This document shows positions 51,988-60,832 of a DNA stretch of 64,000 nucleotides, in pieces (position 1 is the first letter of the stretch; every line of letters begins with the position of its first letter). The notes below the pieces were generated by a model. It made no database searches. It had not been told where the DNA came from and saw nothing but the letters and a program-made list of their open reading frames with translations. Location: NCBI GenBank assembly GCA_963676915.2, contig CAXXVK010000019.1, positions 1 to 64,000 on the forward strand, written 5' to 3'. Source of the stretch: Myxococcota bacterium (GTDB lineage Bacteria > Myxococcota_A > SURF-8 > G963663525). The position numbers and the translations under genes are program-made.

Positions 51988-52461
51988 ATGGGAAAATATC
52001 GTATCCATCATGATGTGGAAACCTGCATCGGCTGCTATGCCTGCGAAATTCATTGCAAGGCGAACAAGCAGCTTTGCGAGGGGCCTAGGCTATGCCGCAT
52101 TTTTCCCCACGGACCTTCCTGGGATGAAGAAGGCATTCCGAAAATGGCTTTCGTTTTCATCACTTGCCTGCATTGTGAAAAAGCCTGGTGCGTGTCGGCC
52201 TGTCCCTCTGGTGCCATTCGAAAACGGCCCGAGGATGGCATCGTTTACGTTGATTCCGAAGCCTGTATCGGTTGTCGTTTGTGCATGCACGCCTGTCCTT
52301 GGGGAATTCCGCAATACGACGAAAAGCAGCACAAAGTCGTCAAATGCGACCTTTGCAAAGATCGCATCGATAAAGGGTTGAAACCGGCCTGTGTTTCGAA
52401 CTGTGTCACGGGAAGTCTTACGCTCGATGTGCTCCACCCAGAGAACCGGGAGGGAAAATGA
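51988..52461 (+). CDS. 4Fe-4S dicluster subunit (PhsB/DmsB type)
   Basis: CIGCYACEIHC, CLHCEKAWCVSACP, CIGCRLCMHACP, KCDLC...PACVSNC. Confidence 0.93.
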   Translation: MGKYRIHHDVETCIGCYACEIHCKANKQLCEGPRLCRIFPHGPSWDEEGIPKMAFVFITCLHCEKAWCVSACPSGAIRKRPEDGIVYVDSEACIGCRLCMHACPWGIPQYDEKQHKVVKCDLCKDRIDKGLKPACVSNCVTGSLTLDVLHPENREGK

Positions 52462-54311
52462 ACGGAACTAAAACCAACACGCCGGCACCATGCCAGGCAG
52501 CTTGTCCCGCCGGAATCGATGTTCCAAGCTATGTCGCTCTGATCGGCCATGCCCGCTACCGTGAAGCGATCGATCTGATTCGAAGAGACAACCCGTTTCC
52601 TTGGGTTTGTGGCCTTGTTTGTCCGCATCCTTGCGAATCTGCCTGTGTCAAAGGCTATCAGGATGCGCCGATTTCGATTCGCGCTCTCAAAGGTTTTGTA
52701 GCTTCGACCGTTGAAAAGCTGGAAAACGAGGTGGTTTATCATGCACCGTCTCGTTTTTTGGGGAAAGTGGCGGTGATCGGCTCCGGTCCCGCCGGACTCA
52801 CGGCAGCCTATTTTCTCGCGAAAATGGACTACAAAGTAACCATGTTCGAGGCTTTGCCCGTTGCGGGAGGGATGATGGCGGTGGGGATTCCGGCGTATCG
52901 TCTGCCGCGCCACGTTCTGGAAAAAGAGATTCGGAATATCGAGAACCACGGCGTGGAAATCCGCCTGAATACTCCCGTTGGTGGTGATGTGACCCTGAAA
53001 AGCCTGAGGGAAGATGGATACCAGGCCATTTTCGTCGCTTCCGGAGCGCACCATTCGAATGTGATGCGTGTGGATGGCGAATCCGATTACTCGCAGGTTG
53101 TCAGTGCTACGGAATTTCTGAAAAGCCAGCAGATCGGTCACCGTGAGCGACTGGGTAAACGAGTCGTCGTGATTGGTGGTGGCAATAGCGCTTTCGATGC
53201 GGCACGGACCTCACTTCGTCTGGGAAGTAGCGACGTGCACTTGCTTTATCGACGCACCCGGCAGGAAATGCCCGCCCTGGAAGAAGAAATCGAACAGGCG
53301 GAAGAAGAAGGCGTTCGGATTCACTATCTTACGATGCCTACACGCGTTGTTGGAGATGGTGTTTCCGTGGTGGGTATAGAATGTCTTAAAGCTGAATTGG
53401 GCGCGGCGGACCGTTCTGGCCGCCAACGTCCCGTGCCGGTGCAAGGGTCCGATTTCACGATTGAAGCTGACGGAGTGATTGTCGCCATCGGTCAATCTCC
53501 CGACATGGAATGGCTGGATAAAAATGAGGCGATGGAGTTGACGAAGTGGGGAAATCCGATCGTCAACCGCTACAGTCAGCAGACCTCTATACCGGACGTT
53601 TTCGCCGGAGGTGATGCCGTATCCGGTCCTGCTACGGTAATTGAAGCTGTGGCGATGGGGAAACGTGCGGCGCATTCCATTGACAAGTATATCCGGGGAC
53701 TTCCCTTGCCGGATCGACCTGAGCAGGCTGCTCCACGCATGAAGGTGGAAACGATTAAGCTGGAGGCCAAAGACAAAGTACGAATTCCTCCCGCGCCGAT
53801 TCCTCTTCTTCCTGTCGATGAGAGGATTCTTGGATTCGAGCAGATCGAATGCGAGTGGGATGAGGATCGCGCTCGTGACGAAGCTCGACGTTGTTTACGT
53901 TGCGACTTGTGTATCGGTTGCGGCGAATGCGCCCGAATCTGTCGTACGAAAGTGGAAGTCGATGCCTTGCGCTTCGTGGATGCCGGTGGGGATCGGGTGG
54001 TGATCGCGGATATGCTTCGTCCACAGGACAAATGTATCGGTTGTGGAAGCTGTGCCAATGTCTGCCCAACCGGGGCGATCAAAATCGTGGACGAAGGTCA
54101 TACTCGGAAACTGGTCAAATGCGGAGCGACGCTGGCCAAGCTCGAACTGTTGCAATGTTCCAGTTGTGGCGCTTTATTCACGACCAAACGCATGATGGAG
54201 TACATCAAACGTGTGGTCGATGCCGATCGCAAACGCGAGCTGGCTCGGATGCTTTGTCCCGATTGCGCTCGGAAAAAACATGCCGATCACCTTGCTATGC
54301 GGCACCTGTAA
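52458..54311 (+). CDS. GltD/NfnB/DsrL-like FAD- and NAD(P)H-dependent oxidoreductase with extra C-terminal FeS/Cys motifs
   Basis: PCQAACP...VCGLVCPHPCE..C; GSGPAG; GGGNSA and YRRTR; RCLRCDLCIGCGEC; CIGCGSCANVCP; CSSCG...CPDC. Confidence 0.92.
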   Translation: MNGTKTNTPAPCQAACPAGIDVPSYVALIGHARYREAIDLIRRDNPFPWVCGLVCPHPCESACVKGYQDAPISIRALKGFVASTVEKLENEVVYHAPSRFLGKVAVIGSGPAGLTAAYFLAKMDYKVTMFEALPVAGGMMAVGIPAYRLPRHVLEKEIRNIENHGVEIRLNTPVGGDVTLKSLREDGYQAIFVASGAHHSNVMRVDGESDYSQVVSATEFLKSQQIGHRERLGKRVVVIGGGNSAFDAARTSLRLGSSDVHLLYRRTRQEMPALEEEIEQAEEEGVRIHYLTMPTRVVGDGVSVVGIECLKAELGAADRSGRQRPVPVQGSDFTIEADGVIVAIGQSPDMEWLDKNEAMELTKWGNPIVNRYSQQTSIPDVFAGGDAVSGPATVIEAVAMGKRAAHSIDKYIRGLPLPDRPEQAAPRMKVETIKLEAKDKVRIPPAPIPLLPVDERILGFEQIECEWDEDRARDEARRCLRCDLCIGCGECARICRTKVEVDALRFVDAGGDRVVIADMLRPQDKCIGCGSCANVCPTGAIKIVDEGHTRKLVKCGATLAKLELLQCSSCGALFTTKRMMEYIKRVVDADRKRELARMLCPDCARKKHADHLAMRHL

Positions 54312-54316
54312 ACGGA

Positions 54317-54961
54317 TCAAATGTCGATAAACCATCCGATTTTCAACGAGATTTCTCCCATGATCGGAAATGGATCGTAGGTTTTGCCTGCTAGGGTAAC
54401 GTCTGGTGAATTCATGGTGACGTGACCTGCAACCCATGGTTCGATGTAAAAATTCCCGTATACGCGCCAGATATATCCGCCGCCGATGGTCCAGACGACG
54501 TTCGACCATTCGGCTTGTTGTCCTGGAGCTTTTTCGTGTCCGATCGTGTTTTGCCAGTATTCGAAGCCGGTGCCGATCCACCACTCGTCGAAATGGCTAC
54601 CAAACACATAATCGACGATGACCGCCCCAACGGTAGTGCTTTTGTCCTCGAAACCGTTTTGGGCAGCGATCCAATTCGGTAAAGAAAAAGAACCCCCGAC
54701 GAGACGAAGCCGTATTGGTTCGATGCCTACCCAGATTTGACCGGTCATACCGAATTCTTCACTCATCGCAGACATGGCGATGGGGAGAAGGTCCAAGGTG
54801 AAACCCAAGGCCATATCACGATTCTGAGTCAAAGAGAGATTTCTCGTAGAATTGGAAATCTTGGGATCGATAAGGGTTTTCTCGGTTCGTTCTCTGGCTT
54901 GCAGTGTCGAGTTGAAAAAAAGCAAAAGCACGAAAATTACAGCATAAAAGTACTGTTTCAT
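54317..54961 (-). CDS. Hypothetical exported protein, probable 8-stranded outer-membrane beta-barrel
   Basis: Signal peptide; amphipathic strands (GGGYIW, FYIEPW, SLKIGWF). Confidence 0.7.
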   Translation of the reverse strand: MKQYFYAVIFVLLLFFNSTLQARERTEKTLIDPKISNSTRNLSLTQNRDMALGFTLDLLPIAMSAMSEEFGMTGQIWVGIEPIRLRLVGGSFSLPNWIAAQNGFEDKSTTVGAVIVDYVFGSHFDEWWIGTGFEYWQNTIGHEKAPGQQAEWSNVVWTIGGGYIWRVYGNFYIEPWVAGHVTMNSPDVTLAGKTYDPFPIMGEISLKIGWFIDI

Positions 54962-56145
54962 TGGATTTTTCCTTCCAGGTTAAGGATTTGTCCGACCGAG
55001 CGGCGGGGACTGACGGGGGCAGGGAAACTTTCGACCGTTCCGCAACGTAGGATAAACTGAACAGGATTCGAAAATCCGAGATCGATTGCCAATTCTTCTC
55101 GCCAAGGAGTTTCTTCAAGCGCTTGAGACATGGGATGCAGGGCCAGGTGTTGTTCTTGCGCTGCCAGTGCGAGCCGTTGGAAACGTCGGCCTGTATCGAT
55201 GAGTTCGGCTACGGAATCTCCCTGACTTTCCAGAACTAACCAACCCGCGCCTTCATTGGATTGTTTTTCCGTTTTTTCAATACCTTTCTGGCGAAAATCC
55301 GCAGAAAGGACATCCGAAGGTTTGTAAAAATGTCGAACAATCCACCCAGCGAAACCTTCAATTTCCATAGACGCTGGAGTCAAGCCATCACGGTGCTTTG
55401 CAATGTCTTTTTCGGAAAATCGTATCCATCGCGATAGTTCCGCCTGCGCTTTGTCGTTTTGGGTTTGCTGGCGAAACGCATCGCATGTTGCTTCCGCAAT
55501 TCGTTTGGACATAGCGGAGTTGAGAGGAAAATAGCGAAACGAAGTTTGAGTTTTTTTGCGCAATCTGGTGATAAAAGCCGAATTCAGTTCATGGTTGATT
55601 AAACCCTCGCGAAGGGTGCGGCGTGATTCCAGTTGACGAGACGAAAAGATCGTTTTGGAACACGATGTTTTGAAGTCAACACGGACTTCCCAAGGTGAAG
55701 AGGGTTGGGCATTCGGTAGGGATAGCTCTGGCGATAAACCGTGCAAAGCTGCGGCGATATGCAAACTTTCGAGAAATGCTCCGACAGAGAGACAAAGTTC
55801 GCGTCGATTCGGATCGATTATCGGTAAGCATCTTGGTGGGTCGGGAGAGACGATCCAATGGTGATCGTCAAGAATTTTGACATTCCACGGTTGTGAATTA
55901 TGGCTACTGGGTGCCAACGAAGCCAACCGAAGAATTTCAACTGATTCCGGAGATAAACCGAAGCTTGCGTTTTTGGCTTGTCGGTGTTCCTGCCGTAAAT
56001 CAGAAGAGGAAGCACAGGCCTGCAAATCCGGTAAAAGCAGCAACCCAACTCCTCCAATGCAAAGCGACTGAAGCAAATGGCGACGAGTGGGATTGATAGG
56101 TGTTTCATCAAAGTTTTTCGGTACTTGAAAAGTTGGGGACAACAT
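54958..56145 (-). CDS. Acg-type nitroreductase-family protein with Tat/lipoprotein-like signal
   Basis: TRRHLL...LQAC; LAPSSHNSQPW; GRRFQRL.L.A....LALHPMSQALEE. Confidence 0.85.
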   Translation of the reverse strand: MLSPTFQVPKNFDETPINPTRRHLLQSLCIGGVGLLLLPDLQACASSSDLRQEHRQAKNASFGLSPESVEILRLASLAPSSHNSQPWNVKILDDHHWIVSPDPPRCLPIIDPNRRELCLSVGAFLESLHIAAALHGLSPELSLPNAQPSSPWEVRVDFKTSCSKTIFSSRQLESRRTLREGLINHELNSAFITRLRKKTQTSFRYFPLNSAMSKRIAEATCDAFRQQTQNDKAQAELSRWIRFSEKDIAKHRDGLTPASMEIEGFAGWIVRHFYKPSDVLSADFRQKGIEKTEKQSNEGAGWLVLESQGDSVAELIDTGRRFQRLALAAQEQHLALHPMSQALEETPWREELAIDLGFSNPVQFILRCGTVESFPAPVSPRRSVGQILNLEGKIQ

Positions 56146-56160
56146 AAGCGATACCTCTAA

Positions 56161-56176
56161 GTCACTGAGGGGTGAC
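56161..56176. promoter_or_regulatory. Candidate TetR operator copy 3
   Basis: GTCACTGAGGGGTGAC (GTCAC-N6-GTGAC) just upstream of the nitroreductase RBS. Confidence 0.65.
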
Positions 56177-56191
56177 AATGCGGACAAAAAA

Positions 56192-56785
56192 TTATTTGAA
56201 TACGGTTTCCACCAATTTTTCTATCGCTTTGGTGAGGCGTTTGGCTCCCTCGTCGGTATTCAATTCGATTCCAAGATACACATCCGCCGTTTTTCCTCGA
56301 AGTACGAGGTACGAAATACCTGCGTGTAGGATTGCTGCCATGGCTGCGAGGTCGCGATCATCGTCAGGGTTGCCATTCGGAAGCTGTTGCAGGATCTCCA
56401 TGCCTTGTTGTTCACGGAAGCGGGCCAATTCGTCAGTAAGTTCGTTTCGTTCCAGCAACTCCCACCTCATGATTTCCTGAGTCGTGGGTCGTTGTCGAAG
56501 TTCCCGGAAATGTCCTAGCAAAATGGCTTTTCCAGCTTCCATCAGGTTTCCAAAACGTTCCATGGGTTTTCCCAATAACTCTCCCAGAGATGGCCAGAAA
56601 TTTCCCTGGCTGGCAAATTGGCGCAGCAATTCAGGTAACCCACCGAAATAGCGGTAGATCAAAACCTTATCGACACCAGCTTCGCGAGCAATGGCGTTGA
56701 TGCCTATACCGCCGAAACCTTTTTGCGACAACAGCTTGCCGACCGCTTCAACGATTTTCTTTTTGGTTTGTTCCGTATCACGCAT
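56192..56785 (-). CDS. TetR/AcrR-family transcriptional regulator
   Basis: GINAIAREAGVDKVLIYRYFGG HTH. Confidence 0.95.
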   Translation of the reverse strand: MRDTEQTKKKIVEAVGKLLSQKGFGGIGINAIAREAGVDKVLIYRYFGGLPELLRQFASQGNFWPSLGELLGKPMERFGNLMEAGKAILLGHFRELRQRPTTQEIMRWELLERNELTDELARFREQQGMEILQQLPNGNPDDDRDLAAMAAILHAGISYLVLRGKTADVYLGIELNTDEGAKRLTKAIEKLVETVFK

Positions 56786-56799
56786 GGTTTCCTCTTGAA

Positions 56800-56846
56800 G
56801 TCACTGTGTGGTGACAAAAATATGTCACTAGCAGGTGACTTGTCAA
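56800..56846 (-). promoter_or_regulatory. tetR promoter with two candidate operators
   Basis: TTGACA at 56841-56846 (minus); GTCACTAGCAGGTGAC (56824-56839) and GTCACTGTGTGGTGAC (56800-56815). Confidence 0.7.
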
Positions 56847-56873
56847 GGTATTCTTTTCAAATCTTTAAACCAT

Positions 56874-58298
56874 CTACTTTTTCGGAAGAATTTCAGGGTG
56901 TTGGCTAAGCCACTTTTTCAGTCTTATTCGCATGGCGTGGGTGTGGGGAATACGTTGGCGACCCGGTATGTTGGCGTATTTCGCCATTTGATCGCGGGAC
57001 CATTCGCAGCAACTGAAGTTGTCCCTGCCCGCCACGTAAAAAGCGTGGGCGCGGTCGTTCAATTCAGCAAAAGAAAGCAGGTTGCCCAGATACATATGAG
57101 CGAGAATCGGAGCATCCTTGAAGGCTTCGCCCGGTGAGTGAGCTTTTTTCACAAGGTAAGCAAGCTGCTTTTCGTCGTTGCGGATTGCGCAGGAGGCATA
57201 CGCAAGACGAAGCCTGTTGAGTTCGGCGGAAAAACCCCAGGTTTCGTCCTTGTAACTGCCCGGAGGAGCGGAAAGAAGCTTGAGAACCGTTTCGAAGGTT
57301 TTTTGGGCGGCGGCGAATTTTCCCATTTTCATGAGCACGTAGCCATGGATCAAATGAGAATCGGGTTGTTTCGGGTACCATTTGACGAATTTTTGCGCTT
57401 CTTTCTCTGCAACGTGATGAAGCCGCCTAAATGGCGCGTTGATGTGGACATGGAACATCTGAGCGAAGAAGTGCAGGGGACCGGCAGCGGCGGCGGATTG
57501 CTCGATCTGTTTGAATCCCAGGTGTTTATCTCCCGGTTTGATTCCCGCCAGCGTCAGCATGGCTTTCGAAAATTTTCCAAGCCTTCCCGTGTAAAAATTA
57601 TAAATACCCATCGCGAGAAGGGGACCGCTGGCCTTCGGGCGAGAATTTAACGTGCGTCGGAAGCCATCCAATGCACGAATTCCGTAATACCGTGCTTTGA
57701 GGAAATCCCGCCGGATACCATAAAACATCCCCAGACCGGCTTGACAGGCGGCCCCATAGAAAACCGCGCCGTCTTTGTAATAGGGAACGCTTTGCTCGAC
57801 CGCCTTGGACACCACAATACATTGCTCGAACATCTGCTTGATGTCTTTATCGTATTTGCGATTTTCCGTGTCCAGCAGCAAGCGGCGCACGCGCACGAAT
57901 CCGCCCCAGAAATGGGTGGAAGGAATATTGGGGCTTTTTGCAATTTCTTTTGCCGTCAGGTCGTCCATATCTTCGATCACGCCGTTGACGTAGTTGCGCA
58001 TCATATCGGCCAGACCGGGGGTGAAAATATACAAATCGTTTTCGACGAACTGAGTCATCGAAGATGTTTTTTGGGGAGAAATGGTTGGTTTGGGGAGAGT
58101 TTTGGTGGGCAGCGACTGTACGGCCTCACCTTTTTTATACATAAGCTCTGTCGTTTCGGAGGCTTGCAACTCGCCGACCAACGTAAGGCACGATCCGTCA
58201 CAGGAAGGAGAAACGAAGTTCCAAACAAAAGCCAAACCGAAAATACCCCCTAGAACCACCAAAGACAGGACCAGCCAACGTGCTTTTTTTCTTGTCAT
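56874..58298 (-). CDS. Membrane-anchored TPR-like helical hypothetical protein
   Basis: N-terminal TM segment; helical repeats (LLAMGIYNFY, HLIHGYVLMKMGKFAAAQKTF, AHMYLGNL). Start uncertain. Confidence 0.7.
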   Translation of the reverse strand: MTRKKARWLVLSLVVLGGIFGLAFVWNFVSPSCDGSCLTLVGELQASETTELMYKKGEAVQSLPTKTLPKPTISPQKTSSMTQFVENDLYIFTPGLADMMRNYVNGVIEDMDDLTAKEIAKSPNIPSTHFWGGFVRVRRLLLDTENRKYDKDIKQMFEQCIVVSKAVEQSVPYYKDGAVFYGAACQAGLGMFYGIRRDFLKARYYGIRALDGFRRTLNSRPKASGPLLAMGIYNFYTGRLGKFSKAMLTLAGIKPGDKHLGFKQIEQSAAAAGPLHFFAQMFHVHINAPFRRLHHVAEKEAQKFVKWYPKQPDSHLIHGYVLMKMGKFAAAQKTFETVLKLLSAPPGSYKDETWGFSAELNRLRLAYASCAIRNDEKQLAYLVKKAHSPGEAFKDAPILAHMYLGNLLSFAELNDRAHAFYVAGRDNFSCCEWSRDQMAKYANIPGRQRIPHTHAMRIRLKKWLSQHPEILPKK

Positions 58299-58394
58299 CG
58301 ATCGAACTCCCAATTTCATTTCATCCGTAGTCAAAACATCCTGGTTCCGTTGATCCTATAAAGGAAAGAATACCATTCTTTGGGGATTCAAAAC

Positions 58395-58433
58395 AACAGG
58401 GATACTTATCACGTTTGGATAAGTATCCCTGTT
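58395..58433 (-). terminator. Perfect 16-bp hairpin after the RND gene
   Basis: AACAGGGATACTTATC-ACGTTTG-GATAAGTATCCCTGTT. Confidence 0.65.
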
Positions 58434-58462
58434 AAAATGAAAAGTCTAAAGATATCAGAAGT

Positions 58463-60772
58463 TTATCTTGGGTTTGTGATAAACTTCGGTTTGAACCATG
58501 CCACCAGCGCCGGAAGCAGAATCAGGCCGCCCAGCATACTGACGATCATCCAGAAAACAAGCAGCAATCCCATTTCGGCCTGGAAACGCAGGAAGCTGAA
58601 GGTCCAGAAGACGACGCCGGCAACCATGGTTGTCGCCGTAAAGGCAACGGCTCGTCCCGCCGTAGTGATTCCTTTGACCACCGCTTCATCCAAGTCTTGC
58701 GTTTCTTGGTATTCCTCCTTGATACGACCTACCACATATAAGCCGTAGTCCACACCAAGTCCGACTCCAAGCGCAACGACGGGTAGCACGTTGACATCCA
58801 AACCAATTCCTTTGTACCCCATCAGCGCGTAGGTTAGGTAGTTGGAAATCAACAGAGGAAGCATGAACAGCAATCCCGCCAGCACGGAACGATATGCCAG
58901 ACCGCAGAAAATGACGATGATGCCGAAGGCGAAGATTGTCACCTGCGCTTGATGTATGGCTACCACTTCATTGATTGCTGCGAGCAAACCGCCAAATCCT
59001 CCGGCCAGACGGAAATTCGCCTGCTGCATCGGGTGGCTGTCGATGAAGGTTTTCGCATGGGAAAGCACTTTTCGCAGTGTCGTGCCTTTGTGATCCTTCA
59101 AGTACAGAGTGATATTGGCATTTTGCCGGTCGTTGGTGATGAATCGCACGAGGTCGGAAGGTTCCGAGTTGGTGTAGATCAATTCAAGGAAAAAGCCTGT
59201 CGCCTGGGGATCGTCGGGAATCATCTCCCATTTCGGGTCCGAACCGTGCAGAATCGAAATAATACCCGGTAGCAGATCCGCAATCGAGGCGGTGGAACTC
59301 ACTTCGTCCAGTTGTTCCATATGCTTTTGGAAGGCATCCATCGTTCGTAGCACTTCGGGGTCTTTGATGGCTCCCCGCGTCTTGCCTTCGATGACCACTG
59401 TCATCTGTTCGGTATTGTTGAACAATTCCGCAATGCGGAACGTGGCCTGGTTGTATTCTGAATCCGGCCAGAGCATTGGCGTACCCACATGTACGTCACC
59501 GATCACAAGGCGGCTCGTGAATACGTATCCAACGATAAACACCCCAACCGCGATGATCATAACTCCGATGCGCGCTTTGCCGAAGCACAGTCTCGCCACC
59601 TGGTGCAGTGCGAAATCGAAGAGGCCGCGTTTGGAGAGTTTGTCGGGATTGGGTGGAGGGAAGAAGCTCAACAGGATCGGGTTGAGGATCATGTCGCTGA
59701 CGATAATCGACAGCACCCAGAAGCTACCCATCAGTGCCAGTTTTTGCAGCAAGGGAATCGGCGTGAACCAGACGAGAAACACTCCGGCGGCGTCGGTGAT
59801 GATGGCCACCATGCCTGGGGCGAACAGACCGGAAAAGGTTTTGGCCGAGGCTATGGTGCGGTCTTTGTGCACCATATATTCCTCACCGAAGCGCTCGACG
59901 ACCTGCACCGAGTGACTTAGTGCCCGTGCTGAAATAATGAAGGGGATAACGATTACCAGCGGATCGAAATTGTAACCCAGTACCCCAAGAAATCCCAGAC
60001 CCCAGATTGCCGAAACGCCCGCTGTTGTCAGCGGGATGATGGTTCCGCGTAAGTCCCTGAAATATAACAGTAATACGAAGAGAATCGAAAACACCGTCAT
60101 GAAAAACAGGTTTTGAATCTGCGGAGACTGGCTGAGAATGTGCCCTAGCAGGAAGGGGCGACCGATGACGTGCAGCTCGGTTTTATCGTCCCGTTCGGCC
60201 TCCACGATTTTGTCGATTCCTTCAAAGACTTCCTCGATTTTCATTTTATGCTCGAAAAAGCCTGCCAGGATCAGCGCCGCTTTACCGTCCAGACTGACCA
60301 ATGTTCCATTGTAACGGGGAGAGGTCAGGATGGTGGTGCGTAATTTGTCGATACCTGCTTGATCTTCGGGGATATCCGGCCACATAACCGGTACGCCGCG
60401 AAAGCCACGTTCGTTGTCTACACGCAAGGTTTTGACCTTACGTTGAGCAATGGAAAGCACCTGATAGTTATTGATGGCCGGAAGAAGTTCCAACTCCTTG
60501 GTAATACGCTTGATTTTAGCCAGCGTTTCCAGGTTGTAAATATCGCCGTCTTTCACTTCCAAGGCGATCAACACCGTGCTTGCACCGCCGAAGATGTCTT
60601 TGTATTTCACAAAGGTTTCGACGTAAGGGTGATCGGAGGGAAACAGGTCGATCGTCGGACTTTCCACCGGTACGAGGGTGGCTTTCCAGGCAAAGAAGCC
60701 TGTTAGAGCCAAAATCACGATCAATACGGGAACCCGCCAGCGAAGAATAGACTGGCCTAGCTTTTCATACAT
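58463..60772 (-). CDS. MMPL/RND-superfamily transporter (COG1033-like)
   Basis: Two repeats of 1 TM + periplasmic loop + 5 TM; ISARALSHSVQ; GVGLGVDYGLY. Confidence 0.93.
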   Translation of the reverse strand: MYEKLGQSILRWRVPVLIVILALTGFFAWKATLVPVESPTIDLFPSDHPYVETFVKYKDIFGGASTVLIALEVKDGDIYNLETLAKIKRITKELELLPAINNYQVLSIAQRKVKTLRVDNERGFRGVPVMWPDIPEDQAGIDKLRTTILTSPRYNGTLVSLDGKAALILAGFFEHKMKIEEVFEGIDKIVEAERDDKTELHVIGRPFLLGHILSQSPQIQNLFFMTVFSILFVLLLYFRDLRGTIIPLTTAGVSAIWGLGFLGVLGYNFDPLVIVIPFIISARALSHSVQVVERFGEEYMVHKDRTIASAKTFSGLFAPGMVAIITDAAGVFLVWFTPIPLLQKLALMGSFWVLSIIVSDMILNPILLSFFPPPNPDKLSKRGLFDFALHQVARLCFGKARIGVMIIAVGVFIVGYVFTSRLVIGDVHVGTPMLWPDSEYNQATFRIAELFNNTEQMTVVIEGKTRGAIKDPEVLRTMDAFQKHMEQLDEVSSTASIADLLPGIISILHGSDPKWEMIPDDPQATGFFLELIYTNSEPSDLVRFITNDRQNANITLYLKDHKGTTLRKVLSHAKTFIDSHPMQQANFRLAGGFGGLLAAINEVVAIHQAQVTIFAFGIIVIFCGLAYRSVLAGLLFMLPLLISNYLTYALMGYKGIGLDVNVLPVVALGVGLGVDYGLYVVGRIKEEYQETQDLDEAVVKGITTAGRAVAFTATTMVAGVVFWTFSFLRFQAEMGLLLVFWMIVSMLGGLILLPALVAWFKPKFITNPR

Positions 60773-60832
60773 GCTCTACCTGCTTTGTCTCTGCCACCGA
60801 TGCCAAATCAGCTTCAAGTGTGAAAAGGTACG

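Noticed and set aside
52458-54311. Calling this gene gltD (glutamate synthase small subunit)
   Set aside because: No gltB nearby, extra ferredoxin tail, and translational coupling to molybdoenzyme subunits.
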